DNA of 64,000 nucleotides from Lachnospiraceae bacterium 48-33 (GTDB lineage Bacteria; Bacillota; Clostridia; Lachnospirales; Lachnospiraceae): NCBI GenBank assembly GCA_041223485.1, contig JBCLQI010000005.1; one strand, 5' to 3'. Shown piece by piece: positions 39,394 to 46,411 of this stretch (position 1 is its first letter; each line of letters starts with the position of its first letter). The notes under the pieces were generated by a model. It saw only the letters and a program-made list of their open reading frames with translations, ran no database searches and was not told where the DNA came from. The position numbers and the translations under genes were made by a program.

Positions 39394-40644
39394 CTATCCC
39401 TCTGATTTTATTTCATTCAGTAATTCTATCTTTTTTAACTGTTGTAAAATCATATAAACAGCAGTACACATAACAACAGCTAATATTATCACTCCATAAT
39501 AGAAAGTATTTACAGAGAACTGCATATGAATAATTCCATATTCCATAGGAAGCAGGTTTTGAATTCCCAGATTTTCAAGCATTAATGTAATCATTACAAC
39601 AATAAAAGAAACAAACAAAACCGGAATCAATCGAATGGCATATTCCATTTCAAAAATACAGACAAGATTTTTTCTGGTATATCCCTGTACTATATATATG
39701 GCTATTTCCTTTTTTCTTCCTCCTATATCGTTTCCTATCATAATAATCATCATAATGATAACTGTTATAAGCAAAATTATAGTAAGAATCATACCTATAA
39801 ATTGAATAAAAGAAAATATAGTCGGCAATCCACCTTCAGTATTACATTCCGTAAATCCACTTACATCTATTTTCTCTGCTATTTCATATCTTACTTTATC
39901 AAGATTTTCACGGCTGTCCAGAATAACAGCATAATAATATTCCATTTCATAACCTATATAATGGCTTCTGTCATAATCACCACTTACCTCCATATCTTTT
40001 CTAAGCTGCTCTTCACTTCCTTCTTTACGTTTTTCTGACAAAAATACTGCATCTTCAGTATTTAAGAATGCGATAGTTGTTCCCGTTACTGCATAAATAT
40101 TGTCATATGTTCCTGACACTGTACATTCAAATTCTATTTCATTATCCAAACGATTTGTTATATATAATTTTAATGTCTCTCCTATGTATTTAGAACCATC
40201 TACATAATTTCCATTTTCTGCTGCATACATATAATGTGGCAGCAAAATTTCATTTTTTTCTGGAAGCGTTCCTTTCACTAAATAATCTTTATAATTATCT
40301 GAGCAGGATTTTACGGATAAACTTACTCTTTCTTCTTTCTTTATCCCTTCAACATCTGTTGCAATCTCATATACATAAGGATAAATATCTAAAATATGTT
40401 CCATGCTGGTGCTTAATTCTTTTAATTGTGCATATAAATTACCATCCCTATCCTGATAAATAATATTTCTTGCCGTTGGTGTCTCATCCATCAACTGAAC
40501 AGCTTTATCAATAGAAAATGCCATAGAATTTATTAAAAAATAAATAAACAGGGCCAAAAACAAAATAAAAAATAAAAGCTTTCCTATCTTTTGTCGTCCT
40601 CTTATATTATGAAAGGCAATGCAAAACACTTCCCTGATATTCAT
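39394..40644 (-). CDS. FtsX-like ABC permease (copy B), ~90% identical to copy A
   Basis: Colinear with 36282..37532. The differences cluster in the extracytoplasmic domain. Confidence 0.7.
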   Translation of the reverse strand: MNIREVFCIAFHNIRGRQKIGKLLFFILFLALFIYFLINSMAFSIDKAVQLMDETPTARNIIYQDRDGNLYAQLKELSTSMEHILDIYPYVYEIATDVEGIKKEERVSLSVKSCSDNYKDYLVKGTLPEKNEILLPHYMYAAENGNYVDGSKYIGETLKLYITNRLDNEIEFECTVSGTYDNIYAVTGTTIAFLNTEDAVFLSEKRKEGSEEQLRKDMEVSGDYDRSHYIGYEMEYYYAVILDSRENLDKVRYEIAEKIDVSGFTECNTEGGLPTIFSFIQFIGMILTIILLITVIIMMIIMIGNDIGGRKKEIAIYIVQGYTRKNLVCIFEMEYAIRLIPVLFVSFIVVMITLMLENLGIQNLLPMEYGIIHMQFSVNTFYYGVIILAVVMCTAVYMILQQLKKIELLNEIKSEG

Positions 40645-41489
40645 TCCATTTTCTCCAAAAAAGTACTGATTCCGTCTGCATAAAAATCCATTTCTTCTCC
40701 TTTTTCATTATAAATAACAGCTTCCAATACTTCGGCATATCGGTTCGTGGCGTTACTATCTGCAATAATTCCATTAAAATATACAACCTCAAGATATCCT
40801 TTTTTTTCAGCTATTTGAAATCTAGCAGCGCCGTTAGAAGTAAGTTCCTTTCTGGTTATTTCCTTTGATTTTGTATCAGTGAATAAATATTGTTGAAATT
40901 GATTCCAGTCATATATCTTTTCTTTTGACATTTTTTCAATATCAGAAATGGTAATTTCTGATATATTATCTTCCAAAGTCTGTTTTGCCAAATCGTATAA
41001 TTTGTCACCCTGTTCCTTGAGAATGCTTGTAAAACTTATTAAATACTCTATTCCATCATCGTCCAGTACTCCATTCTCTTCCATAGTAACATCAACAAAG
41101 TAATTATTTTTCCCCTCACTTGCCAAATAGGAGAATTGCTTGTTATCTTTTCCCAAGAATATAAATGAAAAGCCTTTTTTACTGTCTTCAGAACCTGAAA
41201 ATGAATAACTTGGTTTCAATTTAACTTTTTTTAGTTCCTCTAAAATCTTATTTATTACTTCTGTTTTGTATATTATAACAGACTGGGCAACCATATTCTG
41301 ATTTGTATCTTCATCAATATAAATTTGAATCGCCTGAATTTCCATTGCATCATCTTTCATATAAAATGTATATTTTTTTCTTCCAAAAAAGAAATATACA
41401 GTATATACGATAAAAACTGTTACAAACATCATAATTGTAACAAGTATAATTTTTTTCTTTTTTTTCATGTTGCCACCTTCTACTAACAA
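40641..41489 (-). CDS. Membrane-anchored extracytoplasmic protein (copy B, 282 aa)
   Basis: Paralog of 37529..38350 with the same MKKKKKIIL N-terminus. ATGA overlap with permease B. Confidence 0.5.
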   Translation of the reverse strand: MLVEGGNMKKKKKIILVTIMMFVTVFIVYTVYFFFGRKKYTFYMKDDAMEIQAIQIYIDEDTNQNMVAQSVIIYKTEVINKILEELKKVKLKPSYSFSGSEDSKKGFSFIFLGKDNKQFSYLASEGKNNYFVDVTMEENGVLDDDGIEYLISFTSILKEQGDKLYDLAKQTLEDNISEITISDIEKMSKEKIYDWNQFQQYLFTDTKSKEITRKELTSNGAARFQIAEKKGYLEVVYFNGIIADSNATNRYAEVLEAVIYNEKGEEMDFYADGISTFLEKME

Positions 41490-41656
41490 TTAAGAAGAAG
41501 GAAATTTCTCTGAATGAGAAATTTCCACCTCTCATACTATCATGTATTTTGTTAGATAGTTCAATCAAATTAATAAACAACTCTTAATTTTTTAATATAG
41601 TAATCTAGTATAGAGATAATTCTATACATACCATTTTTAAAGCTTATAGTTTTATT

Positions 41657-42073
41657 TTACCATGTATCACTAAATGATGAGATTCTGTAACTAGCAGTTG
41701 AATCACTACCAAAACTATAATGTCTATCTCCTTTAGATACATCATCAAAAGTCCATGAATATTGTATACCAGTAGTGGCTGTTGTAATTGAAATATTATG
41801 ATTAGCCACAGCAAATGAATGGCCTAAAAAAGATTTTGTGTAAATGCCGATACTAGCTGTACCTTTTGTGTATGTTTTATTAAAGCCTACTTTCATTGTA
41901 TGGGAAGCATCTTTCGCAAATGAAACATTCTCGCTAGCCCATGCCTTAAATCCAGCCTCAACTGTAAACGGCTCTTTCCAAGAATATGAATTTGTACCAG
42001 CTAATACACTTGCACTCATTGCAACAATAGCTGTCATACTGGCAATACTTATTTTTAATTTATTTTTTATCAT
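41657..42073 (-). CDS. Small secreted beta-rich protein ending in Trp (copy B, 138 aa)
   Basis: Paralog of 38612..39025 with the same signal peptide and the same C-terminal SYRISSFSDTW. The mature region has diverged. Confidence 0.55.
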   Translation of the reverse strand: MIKNKLKISIASMTAIVAMSASVLAGTNSYSWKEPFTVEAGFKAWASENVSFAKDASHTMKVGFNKTYTKGTASIGIYTKSFLGHSFAVANHNISITTATTGIQYSWTFDDVSKGDRHYSFGSDSTASYRISSFSDTW

Positions 42074-42197
42074 TTAATTTTCTTCCTTTCTCAACTTAAA
42101 TTTATTTAAAGTTCATTATCTCTCCATGTCCATTTTTACTATAATATTATCATATGAATATGATAACCCGTCCACGTATTTGCATATCTTAATATCC

Positions 42198-42316
42198 ACC
42201 GTCAGTCAAATCAGCATAGAAAAAATAATAACTTTCTCAACAGTTACCTTATTAATGACATATTTCTTCTAAACCAGGTAAAAAACATTCCTACCAGTCA
42301 GTCAAAAATGTCATAC
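42198..42316 (-). promoter_or_regulatory. Conserved upstream element with LytTR-like repeats (copy B)
   Basis: ACCGTCAGTCAAATC...ACAGTTACC...ACCAGTCAGTCAAAAATGTCATA. ACAGTTACC closely resembles the AgrA-type LytTR half-site ACAGTTAAG. Confidence 0.4.
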
Positions 42317-42447
42317 TCTTCTTTTTTCACGTGCACATCATCAGAAGTTTGTTCGAACACTTATAATATAATATTTGTCAATAGATATGTCAATAAGCTC
42401 TGCACCATCTCCTGTTTTTCTACATCATCTTCCGTTTTTTATATTTA

Positions 42448-43116
42448 TTAATAAATATTCATATCTATCATAGTCAAAAATTCTTCTCCTAGTTCTTCCA
42501 TCTCCAGATTTCCATGATACTTTTCCACGCATTCCCTGACATTTTCCATTCCAATTCCATGATTTTCCATGTCCTCTTTTGTTGTAAGATATTTTCCATT
42601 CTTTTTCTTTCGCTTCCCTTCATAATCATTTTTCATATAAATCATCATCACATTATCTTCATAACCTACTGTCAGTTCTATACGTCTCTGTCTGCTGCTT
42701 TTTGCCGCTTCTATTCCGTTTTTCAAAAGATTTGCAAAAATCACACAAAGGTCATAGGAAGATACCACAGAGTCTGCCGGCATTTGTCCCTTTATTTTTA
42801 ACTGTATTCCCAGCTCTTCTGCTTGTAACATATATTGATTTAATATCACATCAACCTCTTTATTATGTACAGTTACCCTCTTTTCCTCCATGTGTGTCTG
42901 AACATTTATCTCTTTTATATATTCTTTTAATTTCTGATTTCCTTCTGTTTCACAATATTTTTGTATTATCAGCATATGCTCTTTCATATCATGGCGAAAT
43001 TTCCTGATATCCTGCTCTCTTTCCTCTTTTTCACCCCTAATGAAACCTTTTTTCCATTCTTTAAAAAGATTTTTTTTGCTGCTTCGATTCCATCTGAACT
43101 TACTTTTTCCACCCAA
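42448..43116 (-). CDS. Histidine-kinase-like protein (DHp plus GHKL ATPase, LytS/AgrC type) lacking any transmembrane sensor domain
   Basis: H-box RHDMKEHML, N-box IFANLLKNGIEA, G-box HGIGMENV. Only ~220 aa with no hydrophobic segments. The longest ORF overlaps the response regulator's 3' end by 133 nt, so the real start lies inside that overlap. Confidence 0.65.
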   Translation of the reverse strand: MGGKSKFRWNRSSKKNLFKEWKKGFIRGEKEEREQDIRKFRHDMKEHMLIIQKYCETEGNQKLKEYIKEINVQTHMEEKRVTVHNKEVDVILNQYMLQAEELGIQLKIKGQMPADSVVSSYDLCVIFANLLKNGIEAAKSSRQRRIELTVGYEDNVMMIYMKNDYEGKRKKKNGKYLTTKEDMENHGIGMENVRECVEKYHGNLEMEELGEEFLTMIDMNIY

Positions 43117-43700
43117 TCCAAATTTACCAGAACAGATTTGTTACTGCGGTAAAATCCATCTTCTTTCAGCCGTTTAGTCAGTTCTGTAATTTTTTCCTCT
43201 GCTGTATAATCCTGTTTTGTTGTATGAAAAATTACCTTTCGTTCCTGTTTGATTGTTTCAATATAAATAATATCTTTATATACCAGCATTACTTTTCCCT
43301 GTTTTGGAACATGAACCTCTATTGTCTGATATCTCCGAAGTTTTGTCAGAGCATGTTCTAATCCCTCCTGCATCTCTTCTTTCAGATTATCCTTCTCAAT
43401 AAACCGAAATGCCTCTACTTTATAACCTTCTCTACAATATTCTTTATATGAGGTTACAATCATAACAATACTCTTGGAAAACTGCGATTTATACTCTATT
43501 GTCGCTTCAAGACCGCTGATTCCATTTAAATAAATATCCATAAATACAATTTGATACTCTTTTCCGGCCTCTAAAAATTCCTCCGCAGAACTGTAAATTT
43601 CTATCTCTGTTTGCTCCTTTTTTAAGGTTTGCTGTATCACATTTTTCATTTTTTCTGTCCATTCTTTTGCATCTTCTACAATTGCAATGTTCATCTTCAT
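42984..43700 (-). CDS. LytTR-family response regulator
   Basis: Receiver domain (IAIVEDA...FMDIYL) plus a C-terminal LytTR DNA-binding domain (KDIIYIE...FYRSNKSVLVNL). Confidence 0.85.
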   Translation of the reverse strand: MKMNIAIVEDAKEWTEKMKNVIQQTLKKEQTEIEIYSSAEEFLEAGKEYQIVFMDIYLNGISGLEATIEYKSQFSKSIVMIVTSYKEYCREGYKVEAFRFIEKDNLKEEMQEGLEHALTKLRRYQTIEVHVPKQGKVMLVYKDIIYIETIKQERKVIFHTTKQDYTAEEKITELTKRLKEDGFYRSNKSVLVNLDWVEKVSSDGIEAAKKIFLKNGKKVSLGVKKRKESRISGNFAMI

Positions 43701-43845
43701 ACCTCCTCTTCTGCAATTATAATATTTATTTTCATACTTTCTTATATATTATACAACATATTCCAAAAAAAGTTGTCAGGAAAATGTGAACATTTCATAA
43801 TTATTCCATATTTTTTGTCTTTGATAATAAAATTTCCTGAATATG

Positions 43846-43874
43846 TTGTGATGTACCTGTTTTTCTGATATAAT
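43846..43874 (+). promoter_or_regulatory. Sigma-A-type promoter for argH: TTGTGA-17 nt-TATAAT
   Basis: Hexamers and spacing read directly from the sequence, ~40 nt upstream of the argH start. Confidence 0.4.
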
Positions 43875-43911
43875 ATTAAAATATGAGTTATACATCACTA
43901 TACCATAATTA

Positions 43912-45306
43912 ATGATTCGGAGGAAAACAGCCATGAAACTTTGGGGCGGACGTTTCACGAAGGAAACGAACGAGCTGGTGCATAATTTTAATGCATCTTT
44001 ATCATTTGACCAGAAATTATACAAACAGGATATCGAGGGCAGTATTGCCCATGTGACAATGCTTGCCGCAGTGCATATCCTGACAGAAGAGGAACGAGAT
44101 AAAATTGTTGAAGGTCTGAAAGGCATACAAACAGACATTGAAAACGGAACCTTGGAATTTACAGAAGAGCATGAGGATATCCATTCTTTTGTAGAGGCAC
44201 ATCTTATCGAAAGAATCGGCGATACCGGAAAGAAGCTTCACACAGGCAGAAGCAGAAATGACCAGGTAGCACTGGATATGAAACTGTATACAAGAGATGA
44301 GGTGATTTCCGTCAATGAATTGCTAAAAGAGCTTTTAAATGAATTACATACAATTATGAAGCAAAATACGGAAACATATATGCCCGGTTTTACTCATTTA
44401 CAAAAGGCACAGCCGGTAACTCTGGCACATCATATCGGTGCATATTTTGAAATGTTTAAGCGTGACAGGGGCAGACTGCATGATATTTATGAAAGAATGA
44501 ATTATTCTCCTCTTGGAGCAGGCGCACTTGCCGGTACTACCTATCCGCTTGACAGAGAACAGACGGCTTCTCTTATGGGATTTTATGGACCTTCTTTAAA
44601 CAGTATGGATTCCGTTTCTGACAGAGATTATCTGATTGAATTTTTAAGTGCATTGTCAACGATTATGATGCACCTGAGCCGTTTCTGTGAAGAAATTATT
44701 GTATGGAATACAAATGAATACCGTTTTGTTGAAATTGATGATTCATACAGTACCGGCAGCAGTATTATGCCACAGAAGAAAAATCCGGATATTGCAGAAT
44801 TAATCCGAGGAAAGACCGGACGTGTCTATGGGGCACTGGTTTCCATACTTACTACTATGAAAGGACTTCCGCTTGCATATAATAAAGATATACAGGAAGA
44901 TAAGGAATTTACTTTCGATGCAATTGATACCGTCAAAGGATGCATCTCTCTTTTTACTGGTATGATAAAAACAATGAAATTCCGAAAAAATGTTATGGAA
45001 GCAAGCGCAAAAAACGGTTTTACCAATGCGACAGATGCAGCCGATTATCTGGTAAATCATGGAGTACCTTTTCGGGACGCACATGGAATTGTAGGACAGC
45101 TTGTTCTGTTTTGTATTGATAAAAATATTGCCTTGGATGATATGAGTCTGGAAGAATTTCAGGCAATCAGTCCAGTATTTCAGAAAGATATTTATGAAGC
45201 TATCAGTATGAAAACCTGTGTGGATAAACGTATGACCATTGGAGCTCCGGGACCGGAGGCAATGCGGAAAGTGATTGAACTGAATGAAAAATATCTAAAA
45301 GAATAA
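43912..45306 (+). CDS. argH: Argininosuccinate lyase
   Basis: MKLWGGRF N-terminus and the fumarase/aspartase-family signature GSSIMPQKKNPD. Confidence 0.95.
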   Translation: MIRRKTAMKLWGGRFTKETNELVHNFNASLSFDQKLYKQDIEGSIAHVTMLAAVHILTEEERDKIVEGLKGIQTDIENGTLEFTEEHEDIHSFVEAHLIERIGDTGKKLHTGRSRNDQVALDMKLYTRDEVISVNELLKELLNELHTIMKQNTETYMPGFTHLQKAQPVTLAHHIGAYFEMFKRDRGRLHDIYERMNYSPLGAGALAGTTYPLDREQTASLMGFYGPSLNSMDSVSDRDYLIEFLSALSTIMMHLSRFCEEIIVWNTNEYRFVEIDDSYSTGSSIMPQKKNPDIAELIRGKTGRVYGALVSILTTMKGLPLAYNKDIQEDKEFTFDAIDTVKGCISLFTGMIKTMKFRKNVMEASAKNGFTNATDAADYLVNHGVPFRDAHGIVGQLVLFCIDKNIALDDMSLEEFQAISPVFQKDIYEAISMKTCVDKRMTIGAPGPEAMRKVIELNEKYLKE

Positions 45307-45365
45307 TTATTTATACTAGATTAGTGCGATTTTTAAAACTGACCTTTTGACATCTCAATTCTCTT

Positions 45366-45429
45366 AACTAAAATACAGTCATACAAAGATATCTGTAAAT
45401 GAGATAATTTGTATGACTGTATTTTAGTT
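45366..45429. terminator. Bidirectional terminator hairpin with a perfect 22 bp stem
   Basis: AACTAAAATACAGTCATACAAA-(20 nt loop)-TTTGTATGACTGTATTTTAGTT, between convergent argH and mscS. Confidence 0.6.
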
Positions 45430-45472
45430 ATATAATTATTAACTATATTAGTTCTGTAATTTCCAAAAAGTT

Positions 45473-46411
45473 TTATTCCTTCTGTGTCACATGTACATCG
45501 AGCTGATTATATGGAATTTCGATTCCCGCTTTATCCAGCTCCTTCTTTAGCTGCTCATTCATTCTAAAATATGCATCCCAGTAATCTTGTGTTTTTACCC
45601 ATACTCTTAGTACAATCGTAACCTCACTTTCCGCAAGCGCCTTGATTCCCACAAAAACATCCTCTTCTGCAAGCTTCGCAGGCTCCTGCATACCGACTGA
45701 CCGCACTGTTTCCTTCGCTTTTTCCATATCACTTTCATAACTTATGCCAACTGTGATATCCACCCTTCGTTTTTCAAAGGCAGAAGCATTGGTAATATGC
45801 GTATTGGATAAATTTCCGTTTGGAATTGTAATCAGCTTATTATCCGGTGTTACTATCATGGTATAAAATAAATCTATCTTTTGCACTGTTCCCTCTGTTC
45901 CACTGGAGCCGTCTACAATATAATCTCCCACTTTAAAAGGCTTGATTAACAGAATCAGCACACCACCTGCAAAGTTGGAAAAGCTTCCCTGCAATGCAAG
46001 ACCAATTGTTAAACTGGCAGTGCTTAACAATGCCACAAAAGAGGTTGTCTGTATTCCCACTTGATTGCAGAGGATAATAAACAATATAAAATATAAAATT
46101 GCTCTTATCAGAGATATAAGAAATTTCTGAACACTGATTTCAATATTTGCTCTTTTGAAAAACTTTTTTACGATTTTCATCAGAATGCCAATCACGATTT
46201 TTCCAACTGCAAAAATGGCAATTGCAATACAAACATTAATACCAAACGCAATTATTTTTGGAAGATATTTTTCCAATGACTGAATAAAATTATTTGCGTT
46301 TTCCACAGCCTGATTTAGATTATCCGTTATCTCTGCCTCTACACTGGAAAGCGCATCTAGTTTTGTACTTTCTGTACTCTCCGAAAAGGCAAATAATATC
46401 AGCGATTTCAT
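45473..46411 (-). CDS. Small-conductance mechanosensitive channel (MscS family)
   Basis: Transmembrane helices followed by the conserved MscS beta-domain (GDYIVDGSSGTEGTVQKIDLFYTMIVTPDNKLITIPNGNL). Confidence 0.8.
   Translation of the reverse strand: MKSLILFAFSESTESTKLDALSSVEAEITDNLNQAVENANNFIQSLEKYLPKIIAFGINVCIAIAIFAVGKIVIGILMKIVKKFFKRANIEISVQKFLISLIRAILYFILFIILCNQVGIQTTSFVALLSTASLTIGLALQGSFSNFAGGVLILLIKPFKVGDYIVDGSSGTEGTVQKIDLFYTMIVTPDNKLITIPNGNLSNTHITNASAFEKRRVDITVGISYESDMEKAKETVRSVGMQEPAKLAEEDVFVGIKALAESEVTIVLRVWVKTQDYWDAYFRMNEQLKKELDKAGIEIPYNQLDVHVTQKE

Larger units (their letters stand above)
36178..42340 (-). repeat. Tandem direct segmental duplication, two ~3.1 kb units (36178-39290 and 39290-42340)
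   Basis: Each unit holds a conserved upstream element, a small secreted-protein gene, an anchored-protein gene, an FtsX-permease gene and the start of the 195-aa gene. The last is intact only in the promoter-distal copy. The units are identical at many stretches. Confidence 0.7.

Noticed and set aside
42330-42447. A 15-aa ORF (MVQSLLTYLLTNIIL) just downstream of the sensor-less kinase, considered as an autoinducing-peptide precursor
   Set aside because: It overlaps the tandem TTGACA promoter boxes, has no ribosome-binding site, and is too short and hydrophobic to resemble AgrD-like precursors. No other small peptide gene was found near the two-component system.
43740-43780. Sigma-A promoter for the LytTR regulator (CTGACA ... 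TATAAT on the minus strand)
   Set aside because: The spacer is 20 nt, outside the functional 16-18 nt range, so it is not called.
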